From NCBI GenBank assembly GCA_030704615.1, contig CM060732.1:43710001-43774000 (forward strand): a stretch of 64,000 nt of DNA, in the 5' to 3' direction. Below, in pieces: positions 51,201-64,000 of this stretch. The notes beneath the pieces were generated by a model. That model worked only from the letters and a program-made list of their open reading frames with translations. It had not been told where the DNA came from and made no database searches. Source of the stretch: Takakia lepidozioides. Lineage: Eukaryota; Plantae; Bryophyta. Position 1 is the stretch's first letter. Each line of letters starts with the position of its first letter. The translations under genes and the position numbers were made by a program.

Positions 51201-52575
51201 TTTGTGGCATCTGTATTCTGTGCCTTGCCCCAACTTCTGGGTGCCATTGCATAGTGACAAGGCCCGTCAGGATCTTCTCAATTGTAGCATACACTTCGTT
51301 CCTGCTACCAATGAATTTAGTGTTGCTTCTAGTTCATTCGTCACCCCTCTGCTTCTGAGTCCAATTCTCTGGAGCTTGCTACAGTAGTGTTCGTTTTTCT
51401 ATTCCAAGTCACGGGGAAATCACCTTGATTTGTTGATTTCGGAGGAAAAGGAATAATACTCATGGGCAGGGCATGCAGGCAAGACTCCGAGGCTACGATT
51501 TCTCAAGAGTGGGGGAGACAGTGCTGGTTGGTAGCACCAATCTAATGACTGGGAGCATCTACATTCTCCTGTTTCTGGGAGCAGGTCTCTTCAACTTTAT
51601 TACACAATCCATTGTTTGTGTCACTGTTTTGTATATCCTGATAACATCGCCATCAGGCGGGGTGATGTACCGAGTCTTGGATATGATTCCTTTCTCAGAT
51701 TCAACACGGAGAAGGTGTGCCACCATGCTAGATCATGCAGTGAGCTCAGTCCTTCTGACTACTACAAAGACGGCATTCTTTCAGGTATAGTCGCTCTCAT
51801 GAAATGAATTCTCTATTTGTAAACTGTATGAATCTCAGTACTGAAAGAGGCTGTCACGCTAGAGGTATCTTAACCATTATGGGTTGAAACTGCACAGTAC
51901 ATCTGTATCCTCCTACTCGGGGTAGATTCTAATATGTTTCTGTGATTACCAGGCATCATTCACGTATCTTCTCTTCCGGTTTTTCCGCATCCACTTTCTG
52001 TACATGTCGACGCTCATCGCGATCATGCAGGCTGTGATCCCACTCTTCCCCAAATGGGTGGCATTGCTGCCAGCTGTTGCCCAGCTCGCGTTGGAGATGC
52101 GGTATGTACAGGGAGTGGTGCTCATAATCACACATGTGTATGTCATGGGGTATGGTGTAAAGAAGATCCATGGGGAAATGACTCGCCATAATGAGTATCT
52201 TACTGGCCTTAGCATTGCTGGAGGCATGACCCTATTTTCACCTGCCGAGGTGCGTCAAAATGTTCTCATTGAATTTCTTGAGTCTGTCTGGGCCTCCCAC
52301 AGGCATAATAAATTTCTTTCTTTCTCTCTTTGAGCTTTTCCGCGGACGTTATAAAGTACCATTTCATTTCATTTGTCCTCTCTTTCTCCTCTCCTTCTGA
52401 ACAGGGTCCAGAGGTCTATGTTTGGTGACTCTCACGCTCTTTTCTGACTTGTGCTGATGGATCTACTTCTTGAATGTGGGCGATGCAGGGTCCGATCATG
52501 GGTCCACTATTAATGACACTTTTACTTGCTACCAAAAATCTGTACACAGAGTTTGTTTTGACAAAGCTCCCTTGA
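48205..52575 (+). CDS. TMEM245: TMEM245-like (AI-2E family) multi-pass membrane protein
   Basis: Exons 48205-49007, 49146-49428, 50663-50833, 51479-51784, 51953-52249, 52489-52575, phases consistent. Motifs LAIYIAMAHAGL, YWKPIQWAVLISMPLR, LFSYKVGVEGKDAV, LDHAVSSVL, YLTGLSIAGGM..GPIMGPL. Start codon uncertain. Confidence 0.9.
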
Positions 52576-53159
52576 TGAAAATTGTCCTGCACTGGAAACA
52601 ATCTTGTTAGCAGGCTTTACACTGGCTGGGTACAACTTGAAACACAGATTTCCAGGTTTCTTGCATCCTGGAGGTGTTCTGAAACATGGGCTCTTCTCTT
52701 AAGGTGCCTCCACGCACAAATTTTGAGAAGAGTGCACATACCTAAATGACCCCAAAGCCCATATGATCTGAGCCCTTATACAGGTGACCCAACGTTCTCA
52801 GTTCACATAAAGGCATTCTGCTTGTTCAAGGATGGGTTTGACGGCACACTTGTTTGTGGAAGAGGCATGGATAAGCTGAACAAATTCAGGACAGTGAATC
52901 TAATCAGTGACCCCCCAATCATCCATTAGCGGTGAGTTCATGGGACAAGCCGGATCCTCCTCGTTGTTACCTCGTGGTTGGTTTGGACTGCTTTCTCCCA
53001 AGGGCAAGGGCAAGGGCAAGGGCTTGGGTGTTCACAACCCCACAGTCCACCTGCAGTCATCCTGGAAGAAAGCTTCTATATCATGCAGGCTTCATGCTTT
53101 CTATGGTCACTGGTTTGATTGTTGCAAAGCCATTTGACCATATTGCTATTGCTGCAGAT

Positions 53160-53420
53160 TCTCTCTCTCTCTCTCTCACTCACGGTGGCCACAAGAGAGT
53201 TTTGCTCTCTAGGCTATGGCGCACAAAGTCGCATGAGTACATCTCTCTCTCTCTCTCTTTCTCTCTCACGGTGGCCAAGAGAGAGTTTTTCTCTCTAGGC
53301 TATGGCGAACAAAGTCTCATGAGTACATCTCTTTCTCTCTCTCTCTCGCACGGTGGCCAAGAGAGAGTTTTGCTCTCTAGGCTATGGCGATCAAAGTCTC
53401 ACTCGCTGGGTGGCCAAGAC
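53160..53420 (+). repeat. Tandem array of ~82-86 nt units resembling the RTEX LINE 3' tail, separated by (CT)n
   Basis: Units start CACGGTGGCC at 53181, 53267, 53349 (partial at 53408); units 1-2 end ATGAGTACATCTCT. Confidence 0.85.
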
Positions 53421-54242
53421 AGTAAAACACGAAAGAAACTGAGAACATTGGGAACCCATCGTCATTTTGTTCCCATTTTCCCGGCCGATGTCATCCGTAC
53501 GCCGTTCATAACATTCATTCATCCATTGCCAGCGGCAGGTAAGGACGACTAGTAAATGTTTAGTAAGTTAATTAAGGTGAAGAAGGACGACAATGAAGTC
53601 AGTATTAATTACCGGCCGGCCAATGCGGGATGTAATTAATCCTGCTTATCACGTACCGTCTACGGATTTCACGTCTGAATACGTACGTCTTAAGTATGCC
53701 CGGTAAAGGTACATGCACCGCCGAATTACCTACACAGCCCCCTAAATAAGACAGATAATTACGTAGGTACTAGCTACGTCTTTATTTGGTTGCTATATAT
53801 AACGTATTTAGAATGTTCCTTGGCGTGAAATTAGGCTTGTTTGCTGGGCCCACTTTATTATATCATCTATTTATTTTTTGTTTTGTCTGAAAAATGGAAC
53901 CCATTTAAGTTCATGGTCTCTTGGTAGGCATTGATGATAGCCTTGAGGGCTTTACTCTTTTGTTTTCTTATTTTTCTGTTTTTAAAAAGCGGCTTCCGTC
54001 TGTGCTCAGTTTTTATGGCTTATGTAAGGTTATTTTTTCCTTAATAAAATTTCCAGGGCTACAATCCCCCTGTTGTCTGAAAAAAAATAAAATTCCGTTC
54101 GTTAGAGGTCATGGTGGTCACCGACTCTTTGTTGTTTGATGGCATCCACTTGGACACGTTTAGTTTCATTCAATGGGAAGCTTTATTTGCACGATAAGCT
54201 TACTGTTATTTTGATCCCCTGTTCAAATCGACATTGCACTTG

Positions 54243-54677
54243 GGGCCACTTTACACGTTCATCGGGAACGATGAGGGCCACGGCTCATACTTGCCTTTTG
54301 ACCACACTTCTAGTGTGAGAATGTGAGCGCTCCTTGGTAGAGTGGAGGTCCCGGGCTACAATTTCGTGCGGGAATCTCTCATTCTCCTATCCATGCAAGC
54401 ACGACATGGTTGAGCTGAGCATACAATGTGTGGATTTTTCATCTCTTTCAAGGCTTTCTTCTTCGCAAAGCGCAATGATCGGAACGTGGAGGTTTACTAT
54501 AAAGATTGACCAAGAGTAGAGGGTGATCCGCCGGGCTTCGGTTTTTGCGGAGCCTGCAAGCCCTTGTGGCTGGCTGTCAACGGGCGCAGGGTTGGGCGGG
54601 TAGTGCAGTTTTTCAGCATATGAATATGAATGGGGAGGATACAAGGACGGTCAACGGGTGAGCATGTAAAGTGGTTC
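54243..54677. mobile_element. PIF/Harbinger (Tourist-like) MITE
   Basis: Imperfect TIRs GGGCCACTTTACACGTTCA / TGAGCATGTAAAGTGGTTC; flanks TTG/TTA (degenerate TTA TSD). Confidence 0.6.
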
Positions 54678-55603
54678 TTAGAGTGTTTTGCATTCAAACC
54701 GTGAAGGAGTTCATGGGTATTTCTCCAGGGTCCCAATCTGCTTTTGTCAAATCATTTTTTCTGTGCAGGTGAACGAATGGGCTCACACCAACCGCGGGGT
54801 TGGAACAATGGATGTTGATAACTATCCCCCTCATCGGCAATATTTTAATTATTTCTTTCAAGTAGAAGAGCTTGCTTCATTGGCTAGGCAGTGGACAACC
54901 GTTGCGGACTCATTATTGGGTCCTTCAGAGGGCGTTTTTCTCTCTTTTTTGGAGAATATTCTGCCCCAAACATTCAAAAAATAAAATCGGCGAAAGCCCA
55001 GCGGACACTTAAGAGGCTCTCCGAAAAGATGTGGCAGGCTGCATTTTTTTGGAGAAAAGGGCCTGCGATTAGATAAATAAAAAATGGATGAAAAAATAAC
55101 CAATATCCTCAAACAATTTCCCCTAAATTTAAACGAAAAATAAACGAAAAATAAAAGTTTATAAAGTTTTCATCAGGGCCTCTGTCCCCAGTTCTTGTAA
55201 AAAAAACAAAAACGAAAAAGAAGCTAATGAAACCTGAATTGATTGACCGGGTATAGCAGGTGTCCTTTCTCCGAGATCTAACGGTACACATCTGCACTTT
55301 GAAAAATCGAACGGCTAGATTCAAGGTCAACGGTCAAAGTAGGGGGCTAGTGTATCTGAGAGTTTTCAAGTGTGCGTGTATTGCAATCTGATCGTCCGTT
55401 GCGATTCCGAACCGATCGGCGCCATTGGATGCAGACGACGAATATCTGCTGGAGGAATCTTCTGGAACTCATTCGCCACGTCGGCGAAATGGCTTTCGCC
55501 GCCCACTTGGAGTTTCGCCACTGCTTGTCTCCTGTTTTCACTGAAAGCGTCGTAGGTTGTGTTACCTTGCTAGTCAAAATTTCCTGTGAGTGAAATCTGG
55601 AGC

Positions 55604-55803
55604 TTTTATTATTTTATTTTATTTTATATTTTTTAGCAAACTAGGGGAGCGACCTTGCCCGCTCACCCTTAACTTAGTTAAAAGTTAGAGGAGAAGATAA
55701 CATCTTTCAATGGCTATATTATAGCACCACCGCCAAGGTAGCTGGATTTGAACCCAGAATCACTTAGGTGGCCCTCAGTACACTCAACTGAGCAATGGAC
55801 GTG
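55604..55803 (-). mobile_element. tRNA-derived SINE with 3' hairpin and (AAAAT)n tail
   Basis: On the minus strand: A-box-like TTGCTCAGTTG, B box GGTTCAAATCC, 3' hairpin GGGTGAGCG..CGCTCCCC, A-rich tail. Confidence 0.65.
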
Positions 55804-56965
55804 GTTTTGAATTTTAAATTTTTATTTCGTCTCAAAATTTCGTTTCCTCCAGCTGCAAGTTACTAATGTTGGATTCTTATAAGCTTTTGTTTTTCTGTTT
55901 TGTTCTTAAAAAGGGAAACAGCTGGGAGCGACTGCTCACAAATCATTCTTATACTCCGTGAAAAAAAGGAAACGAGAAGTAAGTTAGTTGATGGATTTGG
56001 CTTTGCATTTTGGACGTGGTCGATCCTCAAAATGTGTTCCTTATTGTTTTCATTAATCATTGTGCCGAACTTAGGTTGAACATGTACCTACATATAAATA
56101 ACCAAATTGAACGAGAAAGAGGGTATTTTTTCCCTCTCGCAGCAATGGTTCAACAGCATTCTAAGTTTTTTCCGGATGCTGGTTTCTCATTGCCGCTGTT
56201 TTGAGTTCATGGCTTCGGCCGCTCTCCTGTTGATTTGATTGACCATTGTTCTGATCGTGGGCTTAACTTACTCTGCAGTGCTCGCACCGTGTCCATGTCT
56301 AGAGACCTTGAACGGTTTTAATCTCTTTCCCTTGAATAATTCCAATAAAGTCTCCAAGCCTAAGAAAAAAATGTGAGTAGGAGTTTCCTTTATCAAAAAC
56401 AAATTAGAAAACAATAAATGTAGGTAATGTGGGTAAATGTAGATTTATTATTAGTAAGGGAGATTAGGTCAGGAAGAATGGTGACTCGGCGTGCCGGAGA
56501 TATCTGCCGTTTGCCGGTCGCCGGTCACATGGCCGACTACCGGATGCCAGCTTGGAGCGGTCGGGCGATCTACGGCGGGGTAAAGTCGGGAAGCGAGTGA
56601 AGTAAAAAGAGAGCGAGGCGAGGCGCCGATTTTCAGCCCGCCTCCCTTGGCTCTTGTCGCCAGCCTCTCGCTCGCTCTGCTTCGCACTGGTACTCACCTG
56701 TGCGAGAGATAGGTAGGCAATGCAAGGGAGGGAGGAGGAGGTGAAGATGGAGAGCTTTGCCTTGTACAAGAGATAGCTTGTAGATTTTGGATGCAATTTG
56801 AGCAAGGGGAGATATTAGGTGGGAGCGTGTATTGATGCATGAGAAACGGCGTTCGGGGGTTGGTGGATGTCAATGTAGGAGGCCGGGATGCAGATGTAGG
56901 CAGTCGGGCACGGAATTGGCTCCCGATCGAGCTTGTATCTGTGTATTTAGAATTGCGAGGGGGTA

Positions 56966-59905
56966 ATGCTCGAGACGGAAGTAGGCCCGCTGGGCTTTTT
57001 TACTCCTTGCTGCGACGATAGCAGTGAGGAGGGGCTTTCTGTGCTTCCCAGGCACACGAAAGTTGTTGTGACGGGAAATAATCGCACTAAATCAGTGCTT
57101 GTTGGACTCCATGGTGTTGTGAAGAAGGCTGTTGGCCTCGGCGGCTGGCATTGGCTGGTAAATTCATCTCAGACAGTGATGTATCGCCAACTCGGTGGTC
57201 AACGACATTGTTGTTCCCATTTCTTCGTAGTCTCATGTTTTTGTCTGGATTTTAGCCTAGTTTGATAGTATATAGCCTGAAGCTGGATGAAGTTCTTCGT
57301 TTTAGGAACCTTTCGAGCTTTGCATTCGGGAGACTAGGCTAAGGAATTTGGCAGGAATCGGGAACCTAAATTGAAGGCTCGTAAATATAAGATCTTAGCC
57401 AGTCTTGAGAGGAAATTATCAGGAATGATGAGCTCCAATTTCCTTTGCACCTGTATGAATAAAGTTTCACCTTGAAGCGGTACTAAAACAAGTTAGGAGT
57501 CTATGTAGTGATTTGGAAAGACCTGTACTTGCCTTCTCTGTAGAAGGATCAAAATTGGAAGCAATCTCTCGGTGACTCTCATTGCATGGACGTGCTATCA
57601 GGTACTTACAAATGGAGTGGAAGTGAAGCTCCAGCGAAATGCATTGAGTGTTATTGAAGCCCCTACTGGTGATGAAGAAGATGATGACAACAACGAGAAT
57701 CCTTTTTCGAGTGGGACAAGTCTAGGTTCGTGCTGTCAGATGTTCTTAGATCAGTGATCGTGTCACCTAGCGAATTTGAGTTGGTCGATTGTCTTGCGGG
57801 AATCTCAGAAAATGCTCGATCGCGTTAAGGTGATCAAGTATACTTCGGTTCCGCTCACCGATACACTGTGCACCAACACTGAATTCGGGAACCAAGCTTG
57901 GCTACGTTCTGTATGGAGTCTGATAGTCATAGAGGGACTATGTTAAAGGTTGGCGGTTAGAGACTTCTGATAGCGGCAGTTTGTGCAGAGGATGATTTCC
58001 CAAGAACGTTCAAGCCAATAGTGCAGCCGCTGAAGCCAATAACGCTTATGCCGCATCCATTAAATGAAGACCTTACAGCAGAGGAGGCTGCACCATTTAG
58101 ACATTCATTACATGGGAAGAAAGAGGTTATTGAGGAAGCAAGTTCAGCATCTGATACTCTACCAGTATGTGATTGAATCTCAGCCTGCCAGCTGCCTGCT
58201 GTAGTTGTCTGTCTTATCCAAGCTTCATATAGCGTGGAACTGATTGTGTTATTGTCCTTCACACGGCAAGACTGTACAATGGGGATTGCAGGATATACCA
58301 GCATTGGCTTCTAGGTGTTTGCACATTGGTTTGGTGAACTTTGTTACATCCTTGGACATTGTGTGGATTGAAGGCCAGACTTTGGGTCTAAAACATGTTT
58401 ATCATAGGAGTTTGGTTCATTATACAATTATTGCATGCAGAGGGTGGATCTTAGCAAGCTTGAGACAGCTGCATTGAGGAGGTATCGAAGACATTTCAAG
58501 CTGGTGAGATATCTGTGTAGACACTCCTGAAAGTGAGTGGTTGTGATGTGTCCTGACAAAATTATTAGATTTCCATCAGCCTAGAATAAAAGCCTCATTT
58601 TCAGCTGTTGGGAGTGAAATCAGAATTGACGTCTACTAAAATCACAGAGTATTCAAGTGCTTAAAGGGGTTTAAGATCCCGAGTTTTCATGGTACAGACC
58701 TTCAGGAAATCTCAGAGCAAATTATGCTGTTAAAGAAAGAGCTTAACAAGAAGTGTGTGCACCAGATTCTGGTCCATCTGGACTGTGTAAGGTTATGTGA
58801 TGGAGGGACTTGGAGGTTCTTTCTGCAGCACGTTGCTGTGGGTTGATTACAAAGGTCTCTCTCTTAATGTCTCCCATCAAGTGAGATTTACTCCAAGGCT
58901 CAATTTAAGGAAGCCATTCGAGAGGGGATCTTCAAATGTCTATTTGAATGCACTAATGGTGAAACATGTTGGTGATGATATGTAAGCAATCATGTAGTTA
59001 TGCTCAGGACCAATTAATACTTGGAACCAACAACAACATATTGTACTATGTTGGCTCTTTCTGAAGGTCGAAGTTGGTCCCAACTCATCCAAGGAGCAGC
59101 TTGTGCATGTGGTTGGCAGGCATTTCATGTCACAGGTGAATTTTGTCCAAACTTGTCTTGTTGGTCTTAGTGGATAAGTAGCTCAGCTCCAGTGTTTATT
59201 AACAGGGCTGTGGATTTTTGAACCCTGCATGAAGGTTGTAGTGAAAATTTCAGACATTAGTTACAGTTTTTAAGTTGTAATATGTGCTGAGTGTGGTTCT
59301 TACGACTTATGCTGTATTGCCATTCTATCAAGTACTGTCACATAGCTAGTTTCTATATCTCATCGTTTGCTCAGATTTCTGTGACAAATAGTGCCAAGTG
59401 TATTCTGGAAGAGGTGTGAGCCTCCCGCTGAATCCTTGAAGTAATAGCAAGCAAATACATTTTCTTGATGGTGATTGTTGAGCGTGAGTTAGATGTAGGT
59501 CTCTGATGGGTCCCTGGCTGTGGACCATCATTTAAGCTGGAATGTGTTTTTGCATCAGTGAGGAAGCGCTTGCTAGTGCTAATTGTCCCCCTTTTCTAGA
59601 CAGATCTACTCACCAGTCGTGAAATACTGGTGTCTCTCAGAGTATGAAGTTTTTAGTTCAGACGAATAGGGCTGGTTGGTTGTCACCATTTGTTCAGTTA
59701 TCTCTATAGGTTCAAGCCCCTGGATTGTTTATGCCTAGGACTCCTTTCAGCCATGCAGGTTAGAATCTGAGTGGGTGGTTGTAGTGCCTGGTTGTCATAT
59801 TTTAACTCCTAATTAGTGCGTCCTCTTGGGTTTGGTCTGCAGAAATTGGATGAATTCCAGGTCATCACAGGCTTCCTGCAAGCTGCGAAACGTCTCAAGT
59901 CATAA
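56966..59905 (+). CDS. SAP30: SAP30-like histone deacetylase complex subunit (AFR1/AFR2 family)
   Basis: Exons 56966-57157, 57602-57725, 57989-58164, 58441-58503, 59067-59135, 59843-59905. Motifs LSVLPRHTKVVVTGNNRTKSVLVGL.GVVKKAVGLGGWHWL, VKLQRNALSV, VDLSKLETAALRRY, SKEQL, HFMSQ.LDE.QVI.GF. Confidence 0.93.
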
Positions 59906-62053
59906 TTCTGAGGTCTGGTGGTGGTTGTCCATGTGGACTCACAAGATTTCACCTCATGTCCAAGCTGTGGAACTGCTGACACTTGGAAAAGTGAGAGGGT
60001 GGGGGCATGCACGGGAAGGGAGAGGGGAATAGGCAAGTGCTCTTGGCGGAGTATCACCACAACATTGGCCATGCACATGCAACGCATCCTGGTGTGTATC
60101 GTACATAGTCACTCTTTACCAGTGGGGCTCGGCCATATAAGTTACCTAGCATGCTAGTTAACACGAACACATCTTGCAAGGGGTTCTGCACATAAGGTTA
60201 CAGCTTGTAGCTACGGGTTCTTAGCTTTCACTTGAATTAGCTTGTTGGAGAAAATGAATGCCTCCATTGGTGCCTACTCTGTATGTACCTAAGCTTTGCA
60301 CAAGCAATCTTCTGTTGCCATGCCAAAATGCAGTGTACATAGTGTCATTTCAGGCTCATTTGGCAGCACCTTCTTACTTAAACTAACACCTGTTTATATA
60401 CAGAGTTGAACAATGTGTCACATGTCTGAGGAATTTATGCTATTTGAGTTCTATACTCGGAATTATGTTCCAAGTAGTTTAAGGATGCGAAGCTTAGAGT
60501 CCATCATTGAATTGATTCATGTGGAAGGCCCATGTATGGCCCTGCAGCCGTTGGTGGGGGGGGTGGAGGAGGGGCTGGATTTCATTCTTTCTAATATCTG
60601 TCTGCAGTGCCTTGTTCCAAGACTGGAAAGGTAACTTGGGGTGGCTAACTCTTTGCAGTATTAACATGTTAAATGGAGTGTAAACTCTTACAACAATTCA
60701 AAACATATGTTGTGTGTATGTTCTGTTCTGTTATGTTCACCTATGGAAGAGGCACATCAAATGCATACCATGTTTGTGACACGCTTACACTTTCAGCAGG
60801 TGGATGAGCTTGAATATAGCAGCTCACCTTTCAAACAAGCAGGAGTCCTGAGAAAGTTACTGATGGAAGGAGATTACTTGCAGCAAGGAGGGATCCAGAA
60901 AGTCTTCATATACATATGCCCCTTTTCTCGGTTTCAGGGAATGGACCACCAGGTCTCTTTACCAGGGCCCTGCACAGCCTGTGGAGGTCATCAAACTCCA
61001 GGATTTGGTCAAAACCCATTGTTTATCCTGATGGTACATCCTTTACTCACAGTCTGATCCCATCCCATAGACAAACGGTACATTCTTGTGGTCGAGAAAC
61101 CACTGCCGAAATGATGATGCTGGAAGTAGTTCATTCCTAAATTTGTTGAAAGGCAGATTCAATGGGCTGAGGAAGCGTGGAGAGGCCGTCACAAAGGAGG
61201 TAGTTGGGTGTATCACAACCTTGTTGCTGCTGTCATATGGCTGTGTTGCTCTTATTTGGAACTTATATGGAGTCAAAAAGCCCCTCAGGTTCTGCTATGT
61301 CACGAGCCCCAATCTAAGCCTAAGCCTGAACAGTAACTCTGCAGAAATCTCCACACCTCAGCCCCACAAGACATTTCATCTACTGGGAATAGAAGCATTG
61401 CACTGGGCAGTAAAATATGTGATAGAAGAACACTGGAGAGAGAGGAATAGGTGCAGCAGGATAACTGAGCAAGAAAGTTGACCTTGTGAGTGAACCACAG
61501 GTTGCAACATATCATGGTATCGCAAAGTGAAATAGGAGCGTGCTCCCCTGATAGAGTAGGAACAGCAACACCCTCGAGAAAGATGTGTTTTACATGCCTA
61601 GGAAGAACTTTCATGTGGGCATGTTCATTTCATAACTGAGCAATTTCAATGCCAACTTACATGTTACATATTTAGAAGACAACGTGGGGTCTTTTAAACA
61701 AAGAAAGTGAAATGACCATTCACAAAGTAGGAAAAGTTTACGAGACACACAACAAGATTTAAACCTAGAATCATCTTGGTAAAATTCAGTGTGCTAATCA
61801 ATTGTGGTTGGCATCTTCTACACAAATAATTCAGCTAATGCACCACATTTGCTTAATTCACTTTTGTATGTTCAGGAACCTTTCCCACCTATTCCCACAA
61901 AACTCTCAAAGGTTCCAGGGTGGCCCTTTCACAGACAGCTGAGCTGATCAGACAGGGCTGCAATCATGATTGAGCTTTGACAGTATCAAGTGCCAGAAAT
62001 CTAGTGTCTCAAAGGCAAAATCACCTTATTACAGCCGCAACAGAGAGAAGTGC

Positions 62054-63046
62054 CTAATAACCAGAGGGAGTAATCACGTCATCAATCTTGAGAATCATTT
62101 TCACCACCTGGGTTGCCAGAAGCATCTGCTGCTTTTTACCAATCAGTGTCTCGAACACGTTTTGCTCTCTCATGTCATTTGTCCCTGTGTCATTGCAGTC
62201 AATCCCCAAATATGGATTCCGTTCCTGCCAGTTGTGAAGGCACGGTCATTATGATACTCTGATAGGACAAGTTGGGAAGCGAGAGGTGGCAATCACTAGA
62301 CCAGTACTTGCAATGACAATTCTATAATATTTGAATGGTAACATCTGACCTGGTCATTACAAATTCTGATGAAAAGTACGCCAAAGAGCATTGACTAAGC
62401 AATCCATTGCTAACAAGCGCTGTCCCTATTAGGTCAGACAACTCTATGAGAGATCCAACTGGCTCTTTACCTTGATTTGTTGTGCTTTGACAACCGTCAA
62501 CGTGTTGATGGGCTGCAAACCACTGTTCTCTGCCAGGGCCATGGGCACCATATCAAGTGCATCTGCAAATGCCCTCATGGCATACTGGTAACCAACAACC
62601 AACAGAGCATCCCGTATTAGTAACATAAGCTCAACATGTTCTGACACACAAAAGCAAACTGATGCAAGACATCAACACTAGACAAAAATTTCCTCATCAA
62701 CAGTTCCTGTGAGTGGACTACAACATATACCAGAGGGAATAGTCCCTGAGTTACTGCTTTCACCTACCAGGATATGCAACTCCATCCTAAAATAACACAG
62801 CAATTGTCTCAGACAAATTTTTTGCAGGATACTACACAGGCAATGAAACTCAGTGCAACACAAAGGAGTGAGACAGAACCTGTTCCACACCCGGAATCTT
62901 ATCAGCGGCTGCCTCAACAGCCAAGGAACAGGAAATCTCAGCTGATCCACCACCGAACACAATCGAATTGTCACGAATCAAGTTTCTTGCGACACATAGA
63001 GCATCATGCAGACTCCGCTTTGTCTCCTCAATCATCATTTTGTTTC
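62054..63046 (-). CDS. CCT5: T-complex protein 1 subunit epsilon, last three exons (5' part outside window)
   Basis: Exons 63046-62880, 62584-62471, 62224-62054. [78 protein letters not shown]. Confidence 0.96.
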
Positions 63047-63544
63047 CTGTTCACAAACAGTTAAGGGCCAACAGAACACCAGATCATCCGGATCTGTACC
63101 ACTCCTGACTACATACACTACTAACTAAAAGAGCGAGTTCGCTTCTTGCAAAGCAGATAGGTAAGACATCACCAATGAACAGAGACCTTTTAACCTGGAC
63201 CACAAACCACAAACAACAAAATTTCAACATGGAGCTATAAGACCTTCAGGATTCCTTCTGGGCATGCAAGATGGACAGTTCAAAACCAGTTTTTTCAGGG
63301 GAGGGACAGCCTTTGATCCTTACCACGGGACCTGATGCTATCAGACACCCACAAGTGCATCAATGAGTCTTTAACTTGGACTACACAAGTTTGCAGCAGG
63401 TCAAGGCACCACAGGAACCCTCCAGGTGCACCTTACTAGTCATGCTGGGAGGAGTTGCACAGCCAGACAGTGGATTCCCGAAGAAGATACATAACATGCC
63501 TCTATGTCCTCTTCTTTGTATAACATGTCAGCAAGGACAGGAAA

Positions 63545-64000
63545 GATTGTACTCATAAGACGTTGTTTGCCGTAGCCTTGTGGCCATTGACCCCGCGCCC
63601 AGTTTGAGCGGGAACAAAAGGGACAGAACCTACCTCTGTCAGGGGCTGACGTTGGTAGTAAGACTTACCTCCATATAAAGAATTAATCCGGGTTTTCCAG
63701 ATATCCTCTAGAAATCCCTTCACACAAGCATCAATCTGCTGTGTGTGATTTGCCCAAAAACTAGGCCTCAGGAGGGCCTGGGCTTTTGGCTCAGCCTCGA
63801 GACTTTCAAAGTTGGTAAACAGGGGTACAGGCACAATTCCCTTAATAGTCTTCAGATTGCCCACACAACGGGCAATTGCACTCTCCCTTTCCTCTCTGCT
63901 TCTGTTTGCTGTTCAAAGGTAGGCTTCCTGCCCTGAGTTTAAATTTCAGTCTAGTGCCGAGAGTGGGTAGACCCTTGAGGTCATCCAAGATGTCCTCCCC
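63545..64000 (-). mobile_element. Third RTEX-type LINE copy in a CCT5 intron (continues beyond window)
   Basis: Near-identical to 47335-47850 except for a ~62-nt deletion removing the His/Cys half of the zinc finger. Confidence 0.9.

Overview
Eukaryotic nuclear DNA from a non-seed land plant, most likely a bryophyte (inferred from a Tcn1/sushi-type chromovirus, Dualen and RTEX LINEs, and the gene structures). I reconstructed six intron-containing host genes exon by exon: pyridoxal kinase (SOS4/PDXK, +, 12272-17777), a BLADE-ON-PETIOLE BTB-ankyrin gene (-, 20144-22259), a universal stress protein (-, 41922-45045), a TMEM245-like membrane protein (+, 48205-52575), a SAP30/AFR-like HDAC subunit (+, 56966-59905) and the last three exons of CCT5 (-, 62054-63046). 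The first 12 kb is a nest: an L1-clade LINE is interrupted by a truncated Gypsy element (with a MITE inside its LTR) and by a satellite built from Helitron ends. Main highlights: (1) a decayed Dualen/RandI-type LINE carrying a PCIF1/CAPAM-like N6-adenine methyltransferase domain, with a structured 3' RNA motif that recurs with compensatory changes elsewhere in the window; (2) a young RTEX-type LINE associated with (CT)n tracts, plus a tandem array of ~85-nt units made from its 3' tail; (3) 4 of 29 reconstructed introns have GC donors; (4) a Tf1-type self-priming PBS and a -1 frameshift signal in the Gypsy element; (5) a candidate U58-like C/D snoRNA in four copies. All family assignments come from motif recognition by eye; no searches were run.
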